This document shows positions 35,816 to 44,176 of a stretch of 64,000 nucleotides of DNA, one piece after another. Each line of letters starts with the position of its first letter. Within the stretch, counting starts at the first letter, position 1. Position numbers and translations under genes: made by a program. Source of the stretch: Hyphomicrobiales bacterium (GTDB taxonomy: Bacteria; Pseudomonadota; Alphaproteobacteria; Rhizobiales; Rhizobiaceae); assembly GCA_021775455.1 (NCBI GenBank), contig JAJFHU010000038.1:17315-81314 (forward strand), in the 5' to 3' direction. Below the pieces are notes generated by a model. That model ran no database searches. It was not told where the DNA came from and worked only from the letters and a program-made list of their open reading frames with translations.

Positions 35816-38800
35816 ATGAGTAAATGGGATTTCTGGATTGACCGCGGCGGCACATTTACAGACATCGTTGGATGCGATCCTGATGGCGGCCTGCATCCGC
35901 ACAAGCTCTTGTCAGAAAATCCGGAAGCCTACCGCGATGCGGCTGTTCAGGGCATACGCGATTTGCTGGGTATCAAAAAAGGCGAGCCAATCCCGTCCGA
36001 CCGGATTGGCGATGTCAAGATGGGAACAACTGTTGCCACCAACGCATTGCTCGAACGCAAAGGTGAACAGACGGCGCTTCTAATCACCAAAGGGTTCCGC
36101 GACGGGTTGCGTATCGGGTATCAGGCTCGACCGGATATCTTTGCCAAGGAAATAATTCTTCCTGAGCAACTTTATTCGCGGGTACTGGAAGTTGATGAAC
36201 GCATCCTGGCCGATGGCACTATAGAAGCTGCTCCAGACCTCAAAGCCCTCAAAACATCCCTCCAGGCAATTCGCGATGACGGTTACGGTTCCATTGCAAT
36301 CGCCTTCATGCATTCCTGGAAATATTCCGAACATGAAAAACAGGTTGCTGAACTTGCCCGCTCCATCGGCTTTGAACAAGTCTCCGTCAGCCATGAAGTT
36401 TCTCCACTGGTCAAACTGATTGGCCGAGGTGATACGACAGTAGTGGACGCGTACCTCTCTCCGATCTTGCGCCGTTATGTGGAACAGGTGGCAGAAGAAC
36501 TTGGGATTAGCAACTTCGCGCGAAGCGCGGGAGCCGAAGAGGCGACCGGCGCAACAAGAGGCGTGGAAGGCGGCACGCCTGACAGGGATCAAAGTAATGC
36601 ACCGCCCACGCGGAGCGGTAGCGAAGCTACTCGCGTGAGCGAGGAGAATTCATCAACGAAGTTGATGTTCATGATGTCATCAGGCGGACTGACCGCTGCT
36701 GATCTCTTTCAAGGAAAAGACGCGATTTTGTCCGGTCCTGCTGGCGGTGTTGTCGGCGCGATCGAAACTTCCCGCCTTGCTGGTTTCGAAAAAATGATCG
36801 GCTTCGACATGGGCGGTACCTCTACCGATGTCTCCCATTATGATGGTGAACTGGAACGCACCTTTGAAACCGAAGTTGCCGGTGTTCGCATGCGTGCACC
36901 AATGATGCGCATTCACACAGTGGCCGCGGGCGGTGGGTCAATTCTGACTTACAAGGATGGTCGTTTTCAGGCTGGTCCGGAAAGTGCGGGCGCCAATCCT
37001 GGACCTGCCTGTTATCGTCGCGGCGGCCCCCTTGCCGTTACAGATGCCAATGTCATGGTCGGCAAACTGAAACCGGAATTCTTCCCGGCAATTTTCGGCC
37101 CCGAACAAAACGAACATCTTGACGCAGATGTAGTACGTCAAAAATTTGAAGCACTCGCAAAGGAAGTCGGCGGAACGCCGTCTGAAGAAATTGCCGATGG
37201 ATTTCTCAAGATCGCGGTTGAGAATATGGCCAATGCGATCAAGAAAATTTCCGTTCAGCGTGGATATGATGTAACCGAATATGCGTTGAATTGTTTCGGT
37301 GGCGCTGGTGGCCAACACGCCTGCGCGGTTGCCGATGCATTGGGAATGGAAACCGTTCACATCCACCCCTTCTCGGGAATTCTGTCCGCCTATGGCATGG
37401 GTCTTGCCCGTGTCCGTGCCAACCGCACGCGCGCACTGATCATCAAGCTGGCAGATGGCGTTGAATCAAGACTTGAAGAAGTTCAGCAAGAACTGCAGCT
37501 TGAATCAGAATCTGAACTGAAAGATCAGGGCATAAGCGACAGAGATATAAACACTTTTTCCCGTGCGCACATTCGCTATGACGGCACAGACACGCCCATT
37601 GCGGTGACGCTTGGAAGTGCCAAAGAGATGCAGGAGGCGTTCGAAACTGCACACAGAAAACAGTTTGGATTCATTTTCGAAAACAAGGGATTTATCGTTG
37701 AAGCAATCGAAGTTGAAGCGGTTGGTGGTGGTGCTGGCATCATTGAAAAAGAAGGAAAACTCGACAGCACCAAAGTAACTTCCGATCAATCAACGCCCTT
37801 CTTCTCCGATGGCGGATGGCACGATGCTTCCATTCACCAGCGTGAAAATCTGAAGCCGGGTAACTCCGTAATGGGCCCGGCACTCATTATCGAACCGCAC
37901 CAGACAATCGTCGTGGAACCGGGCTGGCGGCTGACCCTGAACGCCCTTGGCCATGTGGTTCTGGACCGGGCCATCCCGCTTGAACGTACCGCCGCAATCG
38001 GCACCAAGGCTGATCCGGTAATGCTCGAAGTCTTCAACAACCTCTTCATGTCCATTGCTGAACAAATGGGCGTAACACTTCAAAACACTGCCTACTCGGT
38101 TAACATCAAGGAACGCCTGGATTTCTCCTGTGCCGTCTTTGCTGCCGACGGATCGCTTGTCGCAAACGCACCACACATGCCGGTTCATCTGGGCTCCATG
38201 GATCGCTCGGTCGAAACGATTATCGAACTCAACAAAGGCAACATCAATCCCGGTGACGTGTTCATTTTGAACGCGCCCTACAATGGCGGCACCCATTTGC
38301 CCGATATTACGGTTGTCACTCCGGTATTCAAACAAGAGGCGGAGGGCGCCGGCGGCGCGACAGGGACCAGGAATGACAAGGAAAAAGACATTCTCTTCTA
38401 CACCGCGTCTCGCGGCCACCACGCAGATGTCGGCGGCATGGCACCGGGCAGCGCCACACCACGCGCCACCCACGTTGATGAAGAAGGCGTGCTGATCGAC
38501 AATTTCAAGTTGGTCGACCGCGGCATCATTGATGATGCGGGTATGCGCAAAATCCTGACCGACCATCCCTGGCCTGCCCGTAACCCGGATCAGAACATGG
38601 CCGACATACAGGCTCAAATTGCCGCCAACGAAAAAGGCGTAGCGGAACTACGAAAAATGGTAAGCCATTTCTCTTTGCCGGTTGTCGAAGCCTATATGGG
38701 CCACGTGCAGGACAATGCCGAGGAAAGCGTGCGCCGCGTAATCGATGCACTTTCCGATTGCGAATACACCTACCCAACGGACAATGACCAGGAGATCGTA

Positions 38801-39595
38801 GTGAAGATTTCGGTCGACAATGAAAAGCGCGAGGCAACTGTCGATTTCACCGGCACGTCACCCATTGCCAAAAACAACTTCAACGCACCGGAACCAGTAG
38901 CGCGAGCTGCGGTCCTTTATGTCTTCCGCCTGATGGTCGAGAACAACATCCCGATGAACGCTGGTTGCCTGAAACCAATCAACATCATCATTCCCGATGG
39001 CTGCATGCTGCGCCCGGTTTATCCCGCTGCCGTTATCGCCGGGAACACCGAAACCAGCCAGCATGTAACGAATTGCCTGCTGATGGCACTGGGAGCGGTG
39101 GCAAATGCGCCGGGCACCATGAACAACCTCACCTATGGCAATGAACGCTATCAGAACTACGAAACGATCTGCGGCGGTGCGCCCGCCGGTCATCTCAACA
39201 ACGGCCATTCGTTCGGCGGTCCATCTGGTGTGCATGTCCATATGACCAACACGCGCATGACCGACCCGGAAATCCTGGAAATGCGTTATCCGATCGTGGT
39301 GGAGGAATTTTCAATCCGCGAAGGTTCCGGCGGCAAGGGAAAGCATGAAGGGGGCTGCGGCACCACGCGGCGGTTGCGCTTCATGGAAGACATGACCTGC
39401 GCAATCCTTTCGTCTTCCCGCTACAACGCTCCCAAGGGACTTGATGGCGGTGGTGACGGCGAAGTCGGTTCCACAATCATCCGCCGACTGGACGGCACCA
39501 TGGAAACTCTGAAACACTGCGACCAGACTTCAGTAGTTGCCGGAGAAGCAGTTATTGTGAATACACCAGGCGCGGGTGGATTTGGGGAAGTTTAG
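35816..39595 (+). CDS. Fused hydantoinase A/B family protein: ATP-dependent 5-oxoprolinase-like
   Basis: 1259 aa. The N-terminus [13 protein letters not shown] and HyuA motifs are followed by a HyuB region ([18 protein letters not shown]). It contains two low-complexity in-frame insertions, described in the findings. Confidence 0.9.
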   Translation: MSKWDFWIDRGGTFTDIVGCDPDGGLHPHKLLSENPEAYRDAAVQGIRDLLGIKKGEPIPSDRIGDVKMGTTVATNALLERKGEQTALLITKGFRDGLRIGYQARPDIFAKEIILPEQLYSRVLEVDERILADGTIEAAPDLKALKTSLQAIRDDGYGSIAIAFMHSWKYSEHEKQVAELARSIGFEQVSVSHEVSPLVKLIGRGDTTVVDAYLSPILRRYVEQVAEELGISNFARSAGAEEATGATRGVEGGTPDRDQSNAPPTRSGSEATRVSEENSSTKLMFMMSSGGLTAADLFQGKDAILSGPAGGVVGAIETSRLAGFEKMIGFDMGGTSTDVSHYDGELERTFETEVAGVRMRAPMMRIHTVAAGGGSILTYKDGRFQAGPESAGANPGPACYRRGGPLAVTDANVMVGKLKPEFFPAIFGPEQNEHLDADVVRQKFEALAKEVGGTPSEEIADGFLKIAVENMANAIKKISVQRGYDVTEYALNCFGGAGGQHACAVADALGMETVHIHPFSGILSAYGMGLARVRANRTRALIIKLADGVESRLEEVQQELQLESESELKDQGISDRDINTFSRAHIRYDGTDTPIAVTLGSAKEMQEAFETAHRKQFGFIFENKGFIVEAIEVEAVGGGAGIIEKEGKLDSTKVTSDQSTPFFSDGGWHDASIHQRENLKPGNSVMGPALIIEPHQTIVVEPGWRLTLNALGHVVLDRAIPLERTAAIGTKADPVMLEVFNNLFMSIAEQMGVTLQNTAYSVNIKERLDFSCAVFAADGSLVANAPHMPVHLGSMDRSVETIIELNKGNINPGDVFILNAPYNGGTHLPDITVVTPVFKQEAEGAGGATGTRNDKEKDILFYTASRGHHADVGGMAPGSATPRATHVDEEGVLIDNFKLVDRGIIDDAGMRKILTDHPWPARNPDQNMADIQAQIAANEKGVAELRKMVSHFSLPVVEAYMGHVQDNAEESVRRVIDALSDCEYTYPTDNDQEIVVKISVDNEKREATVDFTGTSPIAKNNFNAPEPVARAAVLYVFRLMVENNIPMNAGCLKPINIIIPDGCMLRPVYPAAVIAGNTETSQHVTNCLLMALGAVANAPGTMNNLTYGNERYQNYETICGGAPAGHLNNGHSFGGPSGVHVHMTNTRMTDPEILEMRYPIVVEEFSIREGSGGKGKHEGGCGTTRRLRFMEDMTCAILSSSRYNAPKGLDGGGDGEVGSTIIRRLDGTMETLKHCDQTSVVAGEAVIVNTPGAGGFGEV

Positions 39596-39756
39596 AAGTT
39601 AGAATTTATAATCTTGAATTAGTACAATTTAATAATATTCGACGTTCACTTGATTGTGGCATCAATAACTTGCATCTTAAGTCAAAATCTGTTTCGCTGA
39701 CCTCAATAATAACAAGTAAAAGAGTATCGGGGTAGTGCTGAGGGGGCACGGGCGTA

Positions 39757-40950
39757 ATGGCTTGGGGAGAATTTTCCGCCAAAATCGGCAGGATAGGCTT
39801 GGCTTGTGGTGTAGCCGGAGCGGCGGTTGCTGGATGTGCGACGCATAATCGACCGCAAATTACAGACCAAATTGACTATTCTCTATCCAGCATTGTCGAA
39901 AAGGTGAAATGTGAAGCCACTCATACGGTAGCTGCTTACGCCAGCAAACATTACAGAATCAATGCAGGTGTTGACAATTTGAAATTAACAAACAGCCAAA
40001 CAAAGGCATTTGATAAAAAACACAAATCAACAATAGATGAGTTCAAAGAATACGAAAGATCAAAAACTTTTTACGAAAAATTATTAATTAGTGTAACAAA
40101 TGAACAAAATAATGAAAGTGAAAAATATAATTCATTACTTAAATTATACAACGATATTAAAGGTGACGAGAGATATTTTAAAGACAAAATACTAATCGAA
40201 AACTTACAATTGGAAATAAGAAAGCAGTTTCTAATTAAGGAAGAATTGAAAAATAGAATAAATTTTTTAAAACTTAAAAAAATAAATTTCAACAAAGAAA
40301 ATAAAATAATAATAGATAAAAATAAAATTTACACTTCATTGAAAGATACAATAACAAAAAACCATACCGATTTAATTGATTACTTGAGTAGCAAAATCCA
40401 ATTTAGACTGCAGTTTGACATTACTGAAAAAAATAGTGCTTCTCTTGGTGCGGTTCTTGGATGGCCAATTACGCACGGTACCAAGAACTTGGATCCGAGC
40501 TTAGGTGCCGACCTGACGCGAAAGGGTATCCAAACCATTCAGGTTGAAGCAACATTCAATCAACTCATTGAAAAAGATTGCTCGGTCCCAATCGTTGTAT
40601 CCGTAGGCCAGCCACCAAAGCTCTACCCAGTTACGGGCGATACTGGTGTTGATAGCTTCATCTCAGAATTCTTTGAAATCAGGAAAAACAACAAAAATAA
40701 GGGAAAAGATGACACTTTTTCAGACAAGATAACTTTTACAACACAATTGGATGGCGGTCTGAAACCAAGTCTGAAATTGGTTCCGGTGACTGGAAGCACT
40801 GTAAACATATCAGGAAATCTCAGTGCGCAACGTATAGATCAACATGACATTCAATTGACAATACAAAGACCGAAATCAGCAGCACAAATGACAGATCCAG
40901 CGCCAACGGAAACCTCAATAATATGTAATTTCGCCACAAACTGCCCTTAA
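39757..40950 (+). CDS. Hypothetical lipoprotein with an extremely AT-rich, K/N/I-rich coiled-coil middle section
   Basis: Signal peptide plus lipobox (GLACGVAGAAVAGC). The central roughly 130 aa is encoded by DNA whose individual 60-nt lines fall to about 8-23 percent G+C by hand count (40201-40320), while both ends are of ordinary composition. Confidence 0.6.
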   Translation: MAWGEFSAKIGRIGLACGVAGAAVAGCATHNRPQITDQIDYSLSSIVEKVKCEATHTVAAYASKHYRINAGVDNLKLTNSQTKAFDKKHKSTIDEFKEYERSKTFYEKLLISVTNEQNNESEKYNSLLKLYNDIKGDERYFKDKILIENLQLEIRKQFLIKEELKNRINFLKLKKINFNKENKIIIDKNKIYTSLKDTITKNHTDLIDYLSSKIQFRLQFDITEKNSASLGAVLGWPITHGTKNLDPSLGADLTRKGIQTIQVEATFNQLIEKDCSVPIVVSVGQPPKLYPVTGDTGVDSFISEFFEIRKNNKNKGKDDTFSDKITFTTQLDGGLKPSLKLVPVTGSTVNISGNLSAQRIDQHDIQLTIQRPKSAAQMTDPAPTETSIICNFATNCP

Positions 40951-40968
40951 CTTTTGCAACTGGTGAAT

Positions 40969-41271
40969 ATGAATGGAACAACTGCGATGATCAAAACTAA
41001 TACGATGATTGTATTTTTGACGACTGCAACACTTTTCACCACTCCATCCATTGGAGGAGACGAGTTCTTTCTGGAAAACATTCCGACGTTAGAACAGCCA
41101 TCAACCGCATCCAAACTGGATGCTGAAACCCTGTCAACATTTAGCTCGTCTGAAGACAATGCAGACCCTGTTATCGAGTATACAGGTCGAGATAGCGAGG
41201 AAACACGTAACGATTTGATTAACAATGAAATTTTGAAGGGAAATCGAATTATAATTGAACCACTTAACTGA
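40969..41271 (+). CDS. Small hypothetical secreted acidic protein
   Basis: MNGTTAMIKTNTMIVFLTTATLFTTPSIGG looks like a signal peptide. The ORF sits between the lipoprotein and metalloprotease genes on the same strand. There are no recognisable motifs. Confidence 0.35.
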   Translation: MNGTTAMIKTNTMIVFLTTATLFTTPSIGGDEFFLENIPTLEQPSTASKLDAETLSTFSSSEDNADPVIEYTGRDSEETRNDLINNEILKGNRIIIEPLN

Positions 41272-41320
41272 ATTCTAGCATGACTTCCAAAAATAGCCTT
41301 CTCCGGAAGTAAACAATCCC

Positions 41321-42079
41321 ATGAAACCCATCTTAACCGCTCTGTTCCTATCCCTCCTGCTCCTATCATCCCCCACCCTTGCCGAGCCCTCCTGGTTCAA
41401 CAAGGGTGCCATTTATGCCAGCCCAAACATTATTACCAGCTTTGATCGTTCGGCATTTTCATCCATCAAGTATAAGGGCCGGGAAGTGTTGGACGTGTAT
41501 AACATGTGCAAGAAGGATTGGTATGAGGACAATGCTTTCTTGTTCGAGGCAACCTATTCCGATAATCAAACCTTAGAATTACAGCTGGAATCCAAATTCC
41601 TGAACAATGCGTCCGCTGAAGTTGCAGCGCAAAGATATGCCAAGAAACTGGGTCAGATACCTTATTTGTTTCGCAAGGGGGTCGACTCAGCTTCAATCCT
41701 GTTGAAAAATTGCACCATCGGCGGTGGCAGCGGCAACATCATCATCAATACAGGAGATGCATTCTTTCTGACTTCGATGGGTATTCTGGAAGAGACTTTG
41801 CTCCATGAGGCAGGGCATGCCGGATTTGACGACAAGTACAAGCATGATCCAGCCTGGAAACGCGCCCAAAAGAAGGATGGTCAGTACATTTCCTGGTACG
41901 CACGCGATTTCACGGAGAGAGAAGATTTGGCAGAAAGCATGGTATTGTTCTACGCGGTGTATTTCCGCCCAAAGTCGCTTTCCGAAGCAGATTTCGATTT
42001 TGTATTGAATACGATGCCGCATCGTATCAAGTACTTCGTCAAGATACTCGGACTGGAAGAGCGAAAACTAACATACTAG
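41321..42079 (+). CDS. Secreted zinc metalloprotease (HExxH gluzincin, ATLF/M34-like)
   Basis: Clear signal peptide MKPILTALFLSLLLLSSPTLAEP. The motif LLHEAGHAGFD and a downstream REDLAESM resemble the HExxH...E.FAE arrangement of anthrax lethal factor-like / Pro-Pro endopeptidase families. Confidence 0.7.
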   Translation: MKPILTALFLSLLLLSSPTLAEPSWFNKGAIYASPNIITSFDRSAFSSIKYKGREVLDVYNMCKKDWYEDNAFLFEATYSDNQTLELQLESKFLNNASAEVAAQRYAKKLGQIPYLFRKGVDSASILLKNCTIGGGSGNIIINTGDAFFLTSMGILEETLLHEAGHAGFDDKYKHDPAWKRAQKKDGQYISWYARDFTEREDLAESMVLFYAVYFRPKSLSEADFDFVLNTMPHRIKYFVKILGLEERKLTY

Positions 42080-42183
42080 GCAGGCCAAACAGGGCTATCG
42101 AAATGTTTGTTTTCGGTGGATCTCTGACACTGGTCACATCTTCACCCCTTCCCCGAATCGCGCCACGCGATTAAAACAACCCC

Positions 42184-42303
42184 ATGCGCGATAGTCTTGA
42201 TCATTTGCCGGAGAAAAAACAGCGGGAGCTGGCGCGTGGCGTTGCGATTATCTATGATTCATGCCGATTGAGGGGTGGATCCTCGCCTCAAGGGCGAGGA
42301 TGA
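42184..42303 (+). pseudogene. 5-prime remnant of a nucleotidyltransferase (MNT-type antitoxin-like) gene, truncated at the repeat array
   Basis: The translation MRDSLDHLPEKKQRELARGVAIIYD matches the conserved N-terminus (M.TSLDHLPE.KQREL..VV.IL) that I recognise from nucleotidyltransferase-domain proteins. The frame then runs into hairpin repeat sequence and stops after 39 codons. Confidence 0.45.
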
Positions 42304-42457
42304 CGGGGAGAGATGGTGCCTCAGACACCCCGTCATTCCTGTGCTTGGCACAGGAATCCATACCTCTTCACTTTCCACACAATGACCCTCACGTTAGCCA
42401 GTGAACTCACGGGTATGGACCCCTGTGACAGGCACAGGGGTGACGGTGGAGAGATTC

Positions 42458-42545
42458 CCTGCGTGGCAGGGCAAGAATTTGTGACTAACAAATTCGCCAG
42501 CCCGCGAACGCGCGCTCGCCGGATGGCGAGCAAGGCAAAACAAAG
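42458..42545 (+). repeat. Repeat module copy A
   Basis: ccctgcgtggcagggcaa + hairpin gaatttgt-GACTA-acaaattc + gccagcccgcgaacg + hairpin gctcgcc-ggat-ggcgagc + aaggcaaaacaaag. Confidence 0.8.
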
Positions 42546-42687
42546 CGGCAGCACAAGACGAGGCGACTAGCCGAGGCGTAAGTGCGCGAACGGACCCCCG
42601 AGAATGACGGGGGAGAGATGGCTCATGGATAATAGGCGGGGGTTCCCGGGAAGCGAACGTAGCGAGTGACGGCGGATCAAACAAAAG

Positions 42688-42772
42688 CCTCTCCGTGGCA
42701 GGGCAAGCTGGCGAAGCCAGTGTAAGCCCGCGAACGGACGACCGCCGAAGGCGCGGCGGAAACCAAACAAAG
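42688..42772 (+). repeat. Repeat module copy B (more diverged)
   Basis: cctctccgtggcagggcaa + hairpin gctggc-gaa-gccagt + gtaagcccgcgaacg + GC-rich hairpin + aaaccaaacaaag. Confidence 0.7.
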
Positions 42773-42810
42773 TTCATGACGCTGGGCTTAAAGGCTCGAG
42801 TGAATGATTT

Positions 42811-42901
42811 CCCCTGCGTGGCAGGGCAAAGTTCCGCGACTAGCGGAACTGCCAGCCCGCGAACGCGCGCTCGTCGGAGGGCGAGCAAGGCTAAAACAAA
42901 G
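42811..42901 (+). repeat. Repeat module copy C
   Basis: cccctgcgtggcagggcaa + hairpin agttccgc-GACTA-gcggaact + gccagcccgcgaacg + hairpin gctcgtc-gga-gggcgagc + aaggctaaaacaaag. Confidence 0.8.
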
Positions 42902-42983
42902 GAGTGCGTGAACAGGAGAGCTTGCCACGATCACAACCGTCATACTCAGAATTGACCCGAGGATGACGGCACTCTGGATTTCC

Positions 42984-43022
42984 CAAACAAAAACCGGCCA
43001 TTCCATTCAGGAACGCCCGGTT
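42984..43022 (-). terminator. Rho-independent terminator of cspA
   Basis: Minus-strand stem aaccgg...ccggtt followed by TTTTTGTTT, about 30 nt after the cspA stop. Confidence 0.6.
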
Positions 43023-43051
43023 CACATCTTTAAAAGCCTGCTGGCTAAAAA

Positions 43052-43267
43052 TTAATCAGCAGCAGAAAGGTTTACCGCTTTTGGTCCTTTACCCCGATTG
43101 TCAGGCTCGGTGTCGAAACTAACTTTCTGGTTTTCAGAAAGAGTTTCCAGACCAGAGTCCTGAACAGCAGAAATATGGACAAACACGTCCTTGCTGCCGT
43201 CATCTGGTGTAATGAATCCAAAGCCTTTATCGCCGTTGAAAAACTTTACGGTTCCTGTTTGTGACAT
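43052..43267 (-). CDS. cspA: Cold-shock protein (CspA family)
   Basis: [30 protein letters not shown] contains the RNP1 (KGFGFI) and RNP2 (VFVH) motifs. The product is 71 aa. Confidence 0.95.
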   Translation of the reverse strand: MSQTGTVKFFNGDKGFGFITPDDGSKDVFVHISAVQDSGLETLSENQKVSFDTEPDNRGKGPKAVNLSAAD

Positions 43268-43603
43268 TTATAGATCCTTTCATCGATCTTCGCCGCATTG
43301 CCGTAAATGAGCAATGCAAATTTTGGCCATGATTGACCACTGCAGGCATGCTGAATGTCGAGGAAAGGTTGAAACCCGTGTTTCCCTTGTATTCAATGCA
43401 GCGTTTACACCGCAACAACGGAGTCTCACCCGGATTGGTATTGGCGCATCCGGAGCGCTTATTATTCTGCGATTATACGGTAATCAGTACAATCCCAGTA
43501 TTTTTTCTCGGTCTTCCAGTCTTCTTCAAGTTCGCAATATGCCCGAACAGGGTTTACATGCGATGTCAATGTGATGATTGCAAGACATATTTCAAATTAT
43601 TTA

Positions 43604-44056
43604 TCAGTGGCCAGCTATCGGACCCACGGAAAATTCAGCAACCCGGTCACCGGTTTTTTCAAATTTCAGGATCACGTTGTGGGTATCACCTTCGTTCAAC
43701 TGACTGCCAAGTTTCATGAACATCAGGTGCAATCCACCCTTTGCCAGGACCACAGTCTGGCCTGGTCCAATCTCAAGCCCACCGTCGACAGGACGCATCT
43801 TCATTACACCGTCGACCATTTCCATATTGTGCACTTCTGCTTTTTCGGAGAACTCAGAGGAGGCACTGACGAGACGATCACTACCCTTGCCGGTGTTTCG
43901 AATAACCAGATATCCTGCACCAACAGGTGCACCTGGAACTGTCGCCCGAAGCATTGGCTGTTCAACTACAATATCGTCCGCAACCGGCTCCGCGCTGCCG
44001 GAACAGGAGGCAAGAAACAAGCTCAAAAAAATTGATAAAAGCACCCGAATATTCAT
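43604..44056 (-). CDS. Periplasmic copper chaperone PCu(A)C (DUF461)
   Basis: Lipoprotein-like signal (LFLASCSG), followed by the AGYL.I.N.G...D.L......A....H and H.M..M..M motifs (HNMEMVDGVMKM) typical of PCuAC. Confidence 0.88.
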   Translation of the reverse strand: MNIRVLLSIFLSLFLASCSGSAEPVADDIVVEQPMLRATVPGAPVGAGYLVIRNTGKGSDRLVSASSEFSEKAEVHNMEMVDGVMKMRPVDGGLEIGPGQTVVLAKGGLHLMFMKLGSQLNEGDTHNVILKFEKTGDRVAEFSVGPIAGH

Positions 44057-44176
44057 CTCAAACCACGCCCTTTGATAGTTCAGAATTTATCTTCTGACTA
44101 TCATGATGCACTTGGCAACTACAATGAAATTGACGCGATTGGTGCGTTACTTGTGGCAAGCAAATTGACGCGGCAC

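Larger units (their letters stand above)
42279..42975. repeat. Array of modular palindromic (REP/MITE-like) intergenic repeats
   Basis: Perfect hairpins at 42279-42301 (atcctcgcc/ggcgaggat) and 42335-42357 (attcctgtgc/gcacaggaat). CCGAG(G/A)ATGACGG boxes occur at about 42293, 42597 and 42956. There are three full and one degenerate copy of a roughly 85-nt module. Confidence 0.8.

Noticed and set aside
37790-38617. 275-aa minus-strand ORF, with several other minus-strand ORFs between 36080 and 39517
   Set aside because: All of them lie antisense within the 1259-aa oxoprolinase gene, and none has recognisable motifs.
42394-42888. 164-aa minus-strand ORF (plus smaller ORFs in several frames) spanning the intergenic repeat array, with a reiterated RRARVRGLA...CPATQG peptide
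   Set aside because: The open frames result from tandem palindromic repeats. The peptide periodicity simply mirrors the DNA repeat. There is no Shine-Dalgarno sequence, and ORFs are open on both strands, so this was treated as non-coding repeat DNA.
42450-42905. Possible CRISPR array, because a similar roughly 85-nt unit recurs
   Set aside because: The units are long, internally palindromic, unequally spaced (about 230 nt and about 120 nt apart) and diverged from one another. There are no uniform short repeats with unique spacers and no cas genes nearby.
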